From: Lingula anatina
Lineage: Eukaryota > Animalia > Brachiopoda
Reading direction: 5' to 3'
Assembly: GCA_051362555.1 (NCBI GenBank)
Contig: CM120643.1
Location: forward strand, 18,728,848 to 18,792,847
Length of the DNA stretch: 64,000 nucleotides
Position 1 is the stretch's first letter; each line of letters begins with the position of its first letter. This document shows positions 27,562 to 43,112 of the stretch, piece after piece. The notes beneath the pieces are model-generated. The model did no database searches. It was not told the origin of the DNA and saw only the letters and a program-made list of their open reading frames with translations. The position numbers were made by a program, and so were the translations under genes.

Positions 27562-30500
27562 CAATAAAAATATTCTCCTGTGGAAGACATGATAGAAGTC
27601 TTTCTGTAATACCCTCTTGAATTCATCCACTATTAATCAATAAAATAACCAGTAGTTTTAGTTTGATATTCAAAGTATGGTATACCATGCCTTACTTGGT
27701 AAACATTTGTCCCCCTGCCTGGTATGGGAGGGTCCACAGACACAGGTGACACTGGTGCCTGACATGTCACATACATTGCCACATGTTAAACCCTCATCTC
27801 CATTGCATACTGTGCCACTGCGACCACACATTTCACCATATGGTAAGGCTGAAAGTGGAGAGGGAAATGCATTTTGATTAGGAAATAATACAGATTGAGT
27901 CTATATTTCATGGATATTTTTTTATGTGATTCAAGACTACTTTTTAGACTAGACACAGTAAATGATTTAGTGTTCAAATATCCTGTACTATTAATATAAA
28001 AATATTGAGGGAAATGAAAAGGATAAATGTTTAGATGGAAACAATAAGAAAAGAAGATTTCTGTTGAAAAACATTGTTATCTCGTGAATTGTGTGTGTTT
28101 TTTTTTCTTCTTTTTATGATTTGACCAAAAAAGATTGAATGGATTAATTATGACCAATGCTCATGGCTGTTTTGCTGGTAAGCTACCAGTATTGTATCTG
28201 GGTGAACCAATGCACATCCACCACAATTGCATCTTTATGATTCTTTCATCCACTCCTCATCACTCACTTTGTAGTCAACAGAAATAGAAATATGAATGGT
28301 ATTTGCTGTTTTTAAAAATGGAAGATCATAGGATGGCTGTTTATTAAATAAATTATGAAATGTAAATTAGAAAATAAGTGTAAAGTAACAATAGATAAAA
28401 GAATGGTAATAGGACTGAAAATGGAATAGAATGGGACATGGACAAAAAGAGGAATTTATAATGTCACATTTGTACAAGAATGGCATGGACCACCATTTTG
28501 TATCATAATGGAGTGTATACTTACGACTAGCACACTCAGTTCTGTCATAGTTGGGAACATGGTTTGATTTTCTGCAGACACACTTATGAAGGTGGATTTC
28601 ACATTTTCCGGAGTTGGGACAGTCGATGTCTGTGAGGCATTTGTCGCCAATACGACCTACAAATTTATATGGAAACAATAAGAAAAGAAGATTTCTGTTG
28701 AAAAGCATTGTTATCTCATGAATTGTTTTTTTAATGATTTGACAAAAAAAAAAAAAAGATTTTCAAGACAGTGGAATGTAAAATTTGCAATCGATATGGA
28801 ACTGTTGCTTCAGAATATTTATTTCATCTGTTTGCTTATTTAGCATGCAGGTTTTTTTTCTGAAAATTATGATATGTGAGTGTAATATTTACCTTTTCTG
28901 CACACAGGCAGTTTTTTTCCTAAAAACCCAGCACTAGTGAGGTCAAAGGTATTAACTAGTTCTAACTGTCCATCATTGCATGTACACGAGGGTGCTATAC
29001 TGTCCATGATTTTGTATGGATAATATGAAGCACCAGCTGTACGAGAAGCACCAGGACCTCGTAAACATGTATCAGAGCTCAGAACAGTCTCTGAAGGCAT
29101 GAGGTCATTTGGGTCGCCACAATACTCTCCGCCCCACATAGCCTCGTACCCACTTTTACACTGACACCTGTGGTCCTTGCAGTGGGAGTTGGGAGCCCCG
29201 CAGATTCCTGTCTCATCTTTGTAGGAGCATGATTCTCCAATTTTTCTCACTGGAATGGGAAAATGTTCAGTCAATAAGAGAGCTGAATAATTTTAAGGTA
29301 TAGATGTAATAGATAAAAATTCAGGAAAAATGAATAAATGAACATAACCTAAATATACCCTGTACTTAATTTGGATATTGGGATGGAACAAATCAGCTTA
29401 GAGTTGTGAAACTATGAAAATACAGCACTGACATTTCAGTCCCCCATTCCACATCTTTATTTCACAACCAAAGAATGTTTTTCATTATATTATTCCAATC
29501 TGAAGTTCAGCAATAACAAAAATAATTCAAGACCACTTTGTCTTCATAACAGAGTAATCCAACATGTATGTCATTTATTTCTGCCCTGGGCAATTGTATG
29601 TGTTGCATTATTTAAAGCTGTTAGTCTAGTATAATCCATTGATCAGACCTCTGCCCCAGAAATACTCCTATCAGATGATTTAGAACAGTGATGGGGGTCT
29701 CTAATAGCATTTCTATGGATCTTTTCCTTAGGTCGCTCAATAATGGGTTGCTATTTAGAACTTTATGACGAATGTGTATATTGCATGGATATTATATTTC
29801 TAAATGGGTTTGAGGTGTATAGGTGAAATTGCATACTGTATATATATACATGCATATTAACTTGTATTTGGTCAAACAGGCCAAAATACCCTGCTGGCTT
29901 TCTTGTCATTTATACCTTCTGGCAGTTAGATCTAGCTGTTCAATAATTTTTGTCATTTAATCCATTTTTAGTAAGTGATCTAAAGTCCCACATGGCTTTC
30001 ATAATTATGGTAATCAGTCATTTAACATGTTACATGTAAGTTTGAGCGTAATTTGGAACAACTTGAACATGGAAGTTGATAGTTGTTTTATCATAGTTGA
30101 GGTGCTTTATCATGATAATTATTCAGGCCTCTATAGACATGATGATGATCTGTTTCAGAGGGTTCTTTTTCTAACAAAGAATCGACATTTTTTACCCCCT
30201 CAGTTAAACGAGCTTAAAAAATAGCACAGAACCTTGATCAATTTTTTAATTCAGAATAACTTTGATCAAATTTTTAATTCAGGATCAAACTTTTTTGGTT
30301 GAAAGGCTGTTCTTCCGTACCCCTGAACCCTATAGGCATGAAAAATTTTAGAACCATGGACTCTGGGATCTTTGAAATATTCTTTACACCTTTTACTATA
30401 TTGCATAGAGCATTGGTGCATGTTTACCACAGTGCCTGTGTTAGATTTTGAAATTGACACATTGTGAATCTGACACTAGTATGCACCTACTGATTCTTTC

Positions 30501-33500
30501 AACTGTATCTCACTTCACTAATTCGAACAATTCTGTGGATATATATTTGACTTTTCAATCTTCCCTAGTTGTCCTTATTTGACCCCTTTTCAGGGCCACA
30601 TTTTTGAGAAATTGTGATCCAAATTCATCCAATATTGACACTGTATCCTGAATAATACTTATATCCTTACTTTGGGACAGAAGAAACCTTTCACCAAGGT
30701 TTTTACCAACTGGATTTTAGATCACCCCATGGATTAAAGCCTTGTGCCTATGTATATGACACCAGAGACCGTAGTCTATATAATATCCGTTTATCTCTGC
30801 CTCTCCCCCACCAAAATAAATGAATGCATAAATGATACTCACATGGCACACACTGGTATCTCTTCTCAGAGCCCAGATATCTGGAAACATATCCTCTGTG
30901 ACATCCACATAGTCCCCATTCACACTGGCTTTTAACACATTTCAGTTTGCCCAACTGGTTACAGTCTGAATCTTCTGTGCAGTATTTCTTACATTCTCCT
31001 GAAATGAAATTATATGTGACAAAATGAATCTGCTAGCTTTTCTTTGTATATCCCTTATGATATATGTTATGGCATTTATTATTTTGCTTTCAAATTAGAT
31101 TTTATGTGTATAATTTTAAAGATTCTAGCCTAGATATGAATGTGAACGTATTGAATATCCAAGTAACCATTCATCTGGTATAAACAGTTATTTTCATGAA
31201 AGTGAAAATAAATGGCTGCATGTTTCAGTAGCTGAATGAAATATGCATGGTCTTTTGTAAGATGATCAGTTTAACTGATTAAAATTACCTTGAGTGTGCG
31301 AAGAGCAAATATTAAAGTTTTTTTTCTTAAGACAGAGACTCTGAATCTCTATCACAGAATATAATTTAAATTGAAAAGTAGGACAGTGTAACATGCCATA
31401 TTCAGTGTATGAAATCAGTTTGTGCAGTCTGCAAAATTATTTTTGTGTAAATATATATATTGTTTGATATTAGGATAAAAATGATATAGTCCATCTTTAT
31501 GTGAGGCTAATTTAAAAACTGGCTTCCTTATGAATCCAACAATTAGATTTAAATTAAACCATTTGCAATAATATTCAGTTTGGTACATGTTAAGAATAAA
31601 ATATTTATGATATTTATCAAATGCTGTACCTTCAGTATTGAAACTACATTTTCACCATACAAAATCACTTTTCTGGATTAGAGCTAAGACCATTTGTTGT
31701 ATAACGAAAATATTATCATAAATTTCTGTATCCGCTCTATTAAGCCATATTAATGTAAGTTACATTCTATGCAGAAATGTATTGATCCCATTCTAATTCT
31801 AATATTCTACCTTTGATATTGAAACAAAATTTACATTGCAAAAACACTCTAAGAATTCATGCAAACCTGCCCTGTTGAGACGGGCAGAAAATCAATAAAC
31901 TCAATTACGAGGTGCAAACAGGGGAAAAATGAATACAGGGAGAGGATTAATCCTGCGATCAGAAAGACAATGGGTTATTTAATGGGAAAAAGAATGATCA
32001 ATAATTTCTTCCTTTTTTATGTGGTCTGTATTTCTTGGTGGTTATAGCAAATGTCTTCAAGTTGGTGTTTGTGTGTTGTGGTACAATGCACTGGATGATC
32101 TGTGGGCAGAGGGGGAGGGGGTTAATATACCTAATATAAATAATTTATCTGTGAAAAAAGTTACTACTAAGAGTATATAAAACAGCAGATGTGAAGAAAT
32201 TGCACTATGATATGTCGGGCATCTAAATGCCGATGTTTTTTTTTTCAGGGTTTTGTCTCACATGCTTTTATGAGCATGCATTTGTGTGTTAACGTTGTGA
32301 GCATATGCACGCTTATGTTTAGCAAACATGTACTTATATGACTTAGGCTTCATTCACATGCAATGTCTATTATCTAAATTCTATTTTCTATTCGCAGTAT
32401 GTCTTATGATCACGGTCTATGCCTTGAATATCCCGCGGCGTAATTACTGGCAGCGCGAGCCAGTTACTATAAGTTACTATAAGTAACTGGCTCGCGCTGC
32501 CAGTAATTATGCGGCGCGATATTCAGGGCACAGACCGTGATCATAAGATAGCGCGAATAGAAAATAGATTTTTAGAAAATAGACATTCCATGTGAACGAA
32601 GCCTTAAACAACAGTTTGTTAACATGTTACATATGCTGAATTGAAAGAGACAATAAATGCGAATGAAATTAATTTTAAAAGTGAACATCAGAATATAGCA
32701 TGAGCCTTTATAATATATATATATATATCATATAGACTTATAGATCTGCCCCCTGGCATTATACTGCTGTCAGGAATGGTATTGTCTATTTGATTCGACC
32801 AGTGTGTCCAAGATTATGATGAACTGTGCTTCTATACAATTAGTGGCCAGTCAGACAAGATCTGATTCAGAAAGGAATTGGGTCTGAAGTGCGTTTTCAA
32901 GACATTTTTTTTAACATAGATTTTTAAAACCAGAAATGTCATCTGTTGTAGTGTGATATAGTGGGATGTCCTTCCAGGCCTGTAGCTGCAGTTTCAGATG
33001 GGGGTTCTTTTTCTTAAAAGTGGACATTTTACTCCTTTAGTTGACCTATATGAGAACTTTTATATGAGAAATTATTGCCATAGGACCGAGATCAAATTTT
33101 GATTCAAAGCAGACTATTTCTTGCCAAAAGAGTAGCCTTTTAAAATCACCCAAATCCACCCTACCTAGGTGCCTGACTTGTCTTTGAACACTGGCTTTTA
33201 CTGATAGATAATAGATATACTTGTCCCACAGCAGAGTATATTAATCCCATTGTCAAACCCAGTTCAAGGCAGATTTACGTCGCTGTCTGAATGCGTCTAA
33301 GATCAGTATATACATATTGGCAATTAAGATCTTGTGGCTCAAGTTTTAGCTACATGTAATTACCATGTCCAGTCAACAGAAATTGTTGAAATGCATGCTT
33401 AGGCTTTGATTTTACACTGCAGGCTGTATGTGTCCAGTGGATGAGAAAAATGTGTTTGATATTGACTCAGTATTAAATCTAATTGTGTGAGGAATGCTGG

Positions 33501-36500
33501 ATGGTAATTTGGGGATACAAAATGATCGCTGTGAACACAATTTCTTGGGAATACACATTTTAGCATAATTTCTGTGAGGAGATTGAGCTGCAAAACTTAT
33601 ATTTTAAAACCATTAAAATTTAAACAACTTTCTTTTGTTTATTAAGTGATTAATCTTTTTCAGATTGTCCTGCAGAAAGTTTTTGGTTAAAAGTGTAGAA
33701 ACATTAAAAATGCTTCATTGGGGGTGGTGGTACTGAAAGTTTCATAGCTTCATAACCATTGTTACAGCTTTGATTAGTGCAAAACAAAATTGGAAACAGT
33801 GGTCAGTGGGGGGGTATTTTTGACAAGTTGGGGACCCATCCAGGGAAACAATGTGCACAAATTAAACCAAATGTTAAAGTCTGTACTTTGACTCATTTAA
33901 TCGAATAAGATCAAATATTATGCCAATTTTCCATAGATTTGGCAAAAAGTAGTCCCAGAAAAGTAAGGGGGGTTAAATTGGAATATCTTGTGTTATGATA
34001 TCAGATCTGTGAGTTTTTTTTTTAAATTTGCATTTATTTCAATACATCATTTCAGTATTCACAATATGTAAACATTGTTTTGAAAATATGAAAGGGGGGG
34101 AGGGGAGGGGGTAAGCCATAAGCCCTGATGTCCTAAAGAAATTAGTTATTATATATAATATTTATTGGCAGAAGTGAGATTGGTATTTGTGAACAATTAC
34201 AAAATGTTTTCATGGTCTTGGCTCTTCGAAAGTCCCTAGGTTCTTGACATGTATTTTATTTATTTAGTACTAAGCCAATATTTTGGCTGAAGGTCAAAAA
34301 TGTTGCTCTTTTGGGAGATGCATTCACTTGGTATTATACCAGATACAAACATATTGACTTAAATTGTCTTGGCATTTATCTCGGACACCATATATATCCA
34401 TAATATCATCATTATATTTTTTCTTGTCTTTAGTATTTAGTTTAATCGTCCTTTTGGTCTATGGGTTTTAGAAATAACATAAAAATTGAAGCTCAGTGAT
34501 TGAAATCTTGAGTGTCAACTTCTTTATACTGCAGTCTTGATGGTTACTCTGTTTCTTAGTGTCCAGCAAAAATACCCTACCGTGGTAGCCACTGATTTTC
34601 AAATTTTCAAACTCTGTTACAAAATTGGACTAATTACAAAGCAGAGATGTGATACTTTTCTTCATGTTTGCTGTGTTTTTAGAAGTCCAGTCAAGTGTTA
34701 TTCTTGTAAAAGTTTGTTGTTTACTTACCATTTTTCGCAAGCAGCAGGAAAAGCACACCGAGCAGCAAAGGGACATGCTGTAATAGATGAAAAAAAAATA
34801 TGTAGGTCATAAGATTTATATTGACAATTTGAAAATATGTTTGCTTCCTAAAAGAGAAAATCACAGGCACACATTTTGTAAGGATAGTTACTTTTATGGT
34901 GTATTATTGGTTTTTTATCTTGGATGAGGAATGACTTTTTAACAAGGGCAACTGAACAGTATTAAATTATGTTTAGTGACATACATCTAACTCTTGAAAA
35001 AACTTAGAAATAACTTCAATTGATATTCTGAAAAAAATATTCAAGGGTCAAAAAGATAAATAAATATAAGATGTTAATATAATCTATGATGGAGAAATTC
35101 TCTCATCATTTCCAATTGTTAGCAAGGAAAATGTAAAGACATAAGGCAAATTTTAGAATTAGGGTGATAATATGTCATGTAACAAGTAAGATGATGACAA
35201 TATTGAATTGTCTCCCCTCACTTAAGTATCTATTTTGATTCTGTTATTTCAATTTACTGTTCTAGCATAGTCGGTTTCATTTTCTGCTAGAAAAGTGGGA
35301 TATTTCATTGAATTTTTTTTTATCTCACACATAAGTCTAACTATTGTTGTCTCTTTGTCATTCTGTTGTTTAAGAGACCTATGTATCACATTAGATAATA
35401 TAAACATAATTTGATTTATTTAAGCCATGTTGATAAGTTATTCATGATTTTCAGATCTTCTACAAAATTACTTCATTTTCTACATCATACCAACAATCAT
35501 TAAAACATATCTTGATTCCTTTCTAGCTTCCTTTCTAGCTTAAAGACTGCTTTGAGTTATTTATTTATATTTTAATGGTGATAACCTTTTATATATAATA
35601 ACAAAACAATAACAGAGATTTTTCTACTTACATCTTTTAAACTAAAATATCCACGGTCTTTCATTCTTATTCTCAAGGTCAAATCCTTTTCCACCATCCC
35701 AAAACTAAATCTCTTAAGTCTGTAACTGCTGAAAATTTTCTCCTATCCTATTAAATTGAATCAAGCATGGAACAAGATGTGTTCTCCAACCTGATCCTCA
35801 GGAGCAAGTGGCAATCACGTGGTATTCAAAAACAAAACTCAGATTAGAAACAGTCTCCAAAAACACTGAGCAACGTTTTATCGCAGGGTCTGCAGTGTCC
35901 CTGAGAGTAGAGAGCACTCCTTGCCACGGATGTCAGTTGCACGGCTCTGTTTTCAATGTGTCTATTCGAGAACAAAAGCCATGCCATTGTTTTTACTGGC
36001 ATGGAATAATGTTGTGTGATGCAACGTTGCTTCCTGAACACCAACTTCCTCCTGATCAATATTGGAAGAGCTGAAAGCTTTCTGTGTTGTTGGGCATGTA
36101 ATTGTAGGATCATTATTCTTGTAACTTGTTTGCTGTAACAAGCGGCCTTATTGAAAGATCAATTTGAAATTGTTTTACGTTCCAAACTTCAGTGCATAGG
36201 GCACTAACTGCATATTTATTTGATTGATTTTATTTTTCACATTAATGCATCATCTTAATACATTCAATGAGGATCAATTTTTATTAATTTTATGCATAAA
36301 ACCCAATTTTTAAGGACAGCATAAAAATGTAAATTAATCAGTTTGAGATTGTTTATAATGAAAACTTTGTTAATGTATCAGAATTTATTTCTTTCAAGAT
36401 CAACTTGCAGATAATATGTATTCTGTTCAACGCATATTCTATTGATTTTATTTTTTTACATTAGTATATCATCCACTAGCTCTTTGATGATCAGTTTGAA

Positions 36501-39500
36501 GAGACTGATAAATATCAGTTCTCCCACCTGGATCTCAGACAATGTCACCATGATTTTAAATGAAGCCAGATAATGTGTTCAGACTACTGTGACCTCAGTA
36601 CATGTTGCTGTGAATAATTCAAAACACTGTATAGCTCAATAAACTGTTCCCTTGTGAACAATTATGACTAGATAATTTACCAATTAAATAGTAAATTAAA
36701 CTGAGGGACTTGCCTGCAATTTCGTTACTGACCTGGATTAATTAAAAGCTTGTCTGACTTGACCTTTATTTAGGGTTTCATATATATGGTGACTGTTAAA
36801 TGGTATTTTTTCATCATGATTTCTTATAGACAGTGTTGTCTTTTCAGCACATTCAAGAACATGCTTGCTGTTACTTATAAACCCTAATATCACTTACAGT
36901 TTATTTTCAGGTGTTCTTTTAAACATGCTGGGAACTGTTGTAACCATCTGCTGCTGATAGTGATTATGCTAATATCTTACTAAATTTGAAAAAAAAAAAA
37001 AAAAAAAAAAAAACGGTTATTTTATTCTTTAAAAGTCACTCATTAGAAACATGGGGTTTGTTTGAGTCAGAATGGTGTATTTATGAGAAACTTAATTGTA
37101 TGAATAGTCAAAAATAGACTGTATATTTAACTCTTAAGTAATAAGTCATGGAAACAATTGAAATGTTTGAAGATACTAATTAAGTAATAAAGATATGAAG
37201 TAATACCAGCCATAGGCTGCCGTCTGTTATAGATACAAAAAGGAGTTTGAAATTCATGAATAACTGCCATATACACTAATGAGATCTATTGAGCTGTCTG
37301 TTCGTTCACAATATCTGTTCATTAGGGAGATTAAGGGCAATCATATTAAGGGACATCCTCTATAATACCAAATTATTTTGCCTGGATAGATAGCATTAAT
37401 GTAATATTTTTCTGTTATCTGACATTTTCAAATGATTTGGAAGTATATAAACTTACATAGTATTACTTTATTTCCTGGACAGTTTGCAGAAACATTTTTT
37501 TCTTTATCTTACCTTTTAAACTTTAATTTAGAAATGTGTAAACCTCTGTCTTATTTATAAACTATTCACTTGATGCTAATTTTAATTCTGTTGCACTGTA
37601 TATTGTATCATGCTTATTTTAATTCTATTGCTCTGTATATTGTATTTCCTGAGTGTGAAGATTACATTCATATTTCTTCTTTTGATTTTCTTTTTGAACC
37701 TTGATGTGGAATTTAGTTATCTCTTTCAGCTGCATATTTGTTTGAAATTGTTAGGGATTTGGGATGTATTGTATAGTTTGATGTAGTGAATAATTTTCTC
37801 CCCATATTCCTCTGTGGAGAGGTGGTCACATCTTAACACACTTTGGGAACACCTAACACATTGCATTTGAGTCTCTAGCTCTGCACAGGTTTACTGAGAG
37901 ACTACATATTACAAGGTTGTCAGCATAAATGAAAAATCATTTTTATAGGCTGAGATTGATGGAAAGGCTAAGTAACAATGTTCTCGTGTTTAGCAAACTT
38001 TAAGTGAGGTAAAAAATGGAAGAGCATTTTGACAAAATTCCAGCTACCTTTGTTGGCTGTGTTTTGTATTGGTCAGTTAACGGTCAGTTAAAGGGGTGGG
38101 GCTACAATCCAAACTTGCTTTAACAAAGTACACATGTAACTTCACCAATGTTCTGAGTTCTAATAGATATAAAACACATATCTGCTTAGGTATTGTTCAC
38201 TTGAGACTATCTCACACTGCTATCGGACTAATCTTTGATAAAGAAAAAAGAGAAAAATGCCTACCAACTTATTAAGATGCCCAGTTTTGATAAGAACGTG
38301 AATAAACCCATGGTGTTAAAAAGTATTCACTGATTTTTATCCATTTATTCCATCACAGTCTGTTATGATTTATTATAGAAGTGATATATCACGGGTCAGT
38401 GATTTTAAATGAGTGAAGGTTTGATATTATTCAGTAAGACCTCACAAGGTCTCTCATACACTTTTGAATCATTTGCCTAAGGTTATATTTATCAAATAAA
38501 CAGTTATCTGTTTAGAATTATTTTTATGGTGTTTTGATACAGGTTAAAGGGATTGAAAGGCAATGAAGTAAGTGATGGTGGAATTTGGAATATGATAGAT
38601 ATTTTTCTGATGAAAATAGGTGATCTTTGGTCGATTATATTTTCTTAAAGAAATGTACCCTTTTATCTGAGGGTATTTGAAATATACATTTATACACTTA
38701 ATTATATATTAAGAATTGTCTTTTCATTATTATTAATTTCTTTATAAATATGTCATAATGCAGTCACTGTCCTGTTGTACAATACAAGTACATAGAGTGG
38801 AAGTACACAGTTGTCTTTGAAGGGAATTTGAATTGCAAGGTTATCAGTTATGTGAAAATTCATGGGAATCGTTTTTATACCATTGTTGAATAAGTTGAAT
38901 CATTACATTGATATATAATCCAAATAAAATGAGGTTACATTATGAACGCAGTAGTCTGTTTTAACATTTCTGGTAATAATTTGATATTGGTACTGGATTT
39001 ATGGATAGTAAGCTATTTATGGATACATGACCAGGAAGAGAACGGCAGTCACAACTATCACCATGAACTTCTATGAGGCAAGCTGTACCTTGGATATCAG
39101 GCCTTAATAAATAGCTTGAGTTTCCTTGCACTTTGAATTAAAACTGATTTTGCCTTCTACTTTTAAATCTTGTACAGAACAAGCCTAGCTTGCACTTAAA
39201 ATATGCATTAACTTGTCTTCTACCTTAACTTGAAGAGAATATGTTTCCTACATACAACTGGTATAGAACTTGCATTGTACTTAAAACTTAGAGAGCGTAT
39301 GTAGTGGGAAAACATGCCACACACATTTCAGTGGCCTACTAAAAAGATCTTTTGTGACATTTTTTTTTTTTTTTTTTGTAAAATGGAAAAGGGGTCAGAA
39401 AACAACTATAAAGCTAACATGTGGGCTCTTGAATAATAGATGTATTATTATAAGTTATAACTGACATGTACATGTAAGTATTAGTTTTTCATAAGTGTAC

Positions 39501-40025
39501 ACCCTATTTTTATAATGCAATCCCATATTGTGCTTAAAATTAGCTTAAGTTCATCTTTGGATGCATATTTACAGATTGAGATTGAAGTAGTATCTTGTTT
39601 GATTCAAGGTTATGAGGGCTACATGTTTATTCAAATAGTAGAAAATAGTTTTAATTTTAATTTCCTTGGACTCAAGGCTTAATTCCCATCACTTAAAAAA
39701 TGAAACTTAACACTTCTTTTTTTGTCACCCCCCAGTTATAGTGCCTCTCAAAGCACATTTGCACAGGAAATCCTGTAAATAGCAACTGGATTTATGTTAT
39801 TTACTAAATGGCTGCAAGTGGAAAACTATGGAGTCAATATATCATCTCATCTGCAAGTTCTTTGACTAAAGTGCTCTCAAGGGTCATCAATTTTTGACAC
39901 TTTGATTAAATCTCCTAACTTAAATCTGTCACTACGGTTGACACATTACAATATCTGTTTAGAATGTGGTTGAGAGAAACACATGTCTGTTGAGGATGTA
40001 GCTGTATGTTTATTTTAGCAATTCG

Positions 40026-40076
<51 letters not shown>

Positions 40077-41808
40077 AACTCAGGTTTTGCCTTTACCAAA
40101 TCATCCAGCTGAATACCAGGATACTAGCTGTCATAACCTCACATTTCTCAGACTCTTCTCAGATATTAACTGCCAAGATACCTGCCACTCCAGTAAACTG
40201 ACCTCAGTCTGAGAACCTTGTCAATCAGTCTACTTATTAACCTGGACTTTTTTCTGGCTTTTTGGGGCCTGTTATCAAAACTATTATTGATTTTTTTCAA
40301 ATACTTAATTATTCATAGTATAGCAAGAATTTCAGTGAACTAAGATGCATTACACAAATTATCTAGAAGACCACTTCATGCACATGGTAACAAGAGTAAC
40401 TTAAAAACCAAAACGTAGAACTCAAAAGCAACTTTATGGATCGTAATAATGTGAACAGTTTTGGATATGGTATACCTTTCTAATTATAAGTTAAAACTGT
40501 AAAAATTTCCAAGCAAATTATTATTTTTTTTCATAACTTCAAGGTCTAACATAAAGATTTCTAGTGACGTAGGCTCCTGTCATTCAGCGTGCCTATTACC
40601 CTGCCCACAGCACATCTCAATACTAATAATTGAATATCCACCTGTCTGCATTCCCTTAATTCCCTTTCAGGTAGAAGGTTATCTTGTCAGTTTTCATCAT
40701 AACACGGGGATAATTTCCACCATGGGGGCCATGGGTTATTGGTCATTATTCTGTGGGTAATCTTCACACTGCCCTATTAGGAGTGGGTTGGGCCAGGCTC
40801 TGGACTTGATCTGTGGAGAGGTTTGCATTGGTTTCATTTCCAATCCTGGGAACAGACTGGGCCAGGCTCGGTTCTAGATCTATGAATCTGTTTGATATTG
40901 CCTTCTTAGGAACAGACTGGGCAAGGCTACTGGCCTGCCATGTAATAGACCATTCAAGGCTCAGTTCTAGATCTATGAAATTGTTTGATATTGCACTCTT
41001 TACTCCAATGATAAATCTGTAAAACTATTTGCTTTGCTCTGCTTTCGTTATGATGCTATTTTCTGAAATTCCTTTATTTGGGATAGGGATTTGAATTTTA
41101 AAAAAAGTAATGGCTTTGCAGTTTTACTTTCCTTTTCATCCTTATTTTTTTTTAAAGATACACTGCAATCGTATAATTGATTAGGCATTTGCAGTATTGG
41201 TATTCAACATAGGGAAGTTTCTAATTTTAGTTTTAATTACAACTTTAAAATTTTGCATATCAGTGATCATCCTGAAGACGTAGTTCCTCAAAAGCAACAC
41301 AGTTCACCAGTGTGAACATGTCCCAGATAGGGTAGAACAGAGGGGAAGGGCTTATCATGGATTATAGTTTAGGTAGGAGGTGGACAGGTATGGGGATCAT
41401 CTACCAGCAGGTGGCCTGCTTAATAAGAATTACTGAAGACATTCATCTGCAAGATTTGTACAGTAATTAGGTGTGATGATAGTAGGAAATGATACTTGAC
41501 AGGGGTGGATTCTAAATGGCCTGTCAGTCCCTCAGTTTCTTTCCAGATATGAAGTACTCATTTCACTTTTTTTTGCATGTGCTTTAAAAGAATATCAGAT
41601 GATTTACTCTGCAGATACTGAAGAGTATCTGTAAACTTAGTATGGCTTTTAGATTTAATGGGGTTTTCAAGGAAACTTTCCCATGTTTTAACAGATGAAA
41701 ATAATTCTATGAAAAAAAATATATTATTTCAATGCTCCATAAAACTTACACAACTTTTTAAAGAACACATTTTAGCAAAGGGGATTATTTATTTATTTAT
41801 TTATTTTT

Positions 41809-41843
<35 letters not shown>

Positions 41844-42494
41844 TTTTTGAGTGTGTAAAAAGAATGGTTACTGCTTAGATTAAAACCCCCAGATTAAGCA
41901 CCATTTTATCTATGAATGTATGACTAATGTTATGTACAAATTACATACTCTTAGCCCTGATAAGAGTTTCTGGTTTGATCCAAGGTGAATGTGTCCAGGA
42001 CACCTGGATGTCATGGTGGTTTTATTCTGTTGATTTATCATTTTTATGGCTGCACAGATCCATAAACTTTGTGGTTGTGACTAGCCTGCATCAAAATGTC
42101 ATTTATGGAGGTGTGAAGGGAGATAATAAGGTGAATAGAATAAGATTATGGACGAAGGGTAAAGGTGGATAGAAATAATTATCATTGTTGTTTGAATTTT
42201 GCTGGTTTATATGGTTCTCTTGACTAGTTTAGGGTCTTTGTTTAGCCTTTAATTCTTTCATATGCTCCAGTTTGTATGTTAATTTTATGTTTTTGTCATT
42301 TTTTCTAACCTCTCTCTTTCCTCAGTTTTTTTCTACTACTATATTTATCTCTCTTTGTTTTTATCTACTTTCCCTCTCTCTGTTTCCCTCCCTCCCTCCC
42401 TTCTCCCTTTCATCCACCTATCTCTATTCCACCCCCTCTCTTCCAACCTCTCTCTCTCTCATCTACCTACCGTATATCTTTTCTCCCTCCCTCC

Positions 42495-42545
<51 letters not shown>

Positions 42546-43073
42546 GCATACCACAACAGCCCTTCATTTTCTTTGTTCACATATTCCATGTCTTTCCCCT
42601 TGTTAATATGGTGGCAGTTCAAATTTGGACAAATAGAAAATAAGTAAATAAACCCCCAAATTATCCACACACACAGCTAAAGAATGCCAGAAATCAATCG
42701 CCCTACAGGGAAATTTTGGTACACCAGTTAAGTATGATTGCATTTGTACGAGCTGTTGTTACCTCTCTTGACTTGTTTGTCTGTTGTTTTTGTTTGTTTT
42801 ATGGTTATATTGAAGTGCACAAGAAAATGGTGCTATATTACAGGCTTAAGGGAGAACAAATTCAAAAATGATGTATTGATCTCTGATCAAGATTAAAAGG
42901 TCCAAAGGAATGGACCCTTATGAATGAATTAGGAAGTAAAATGATGTTTTTGTAATACTGTAGATTGTTTTACAAAATGTATTTCCCAGTATATTTATGA
43001 AAAAGACCCAAGTTCATTTAAAGAGTGCATCATATGATTCTGCAAAAGTGCTTGTTTGAGCTGCACTCACTTG

Positions 43074-43112
<39 letters not shown>

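Noticed and set aside
42272-42670. Hydrophobic and ER-repeat ORFs
   Set aside because: Translation of a polypyrimidine/(TC)n tract.
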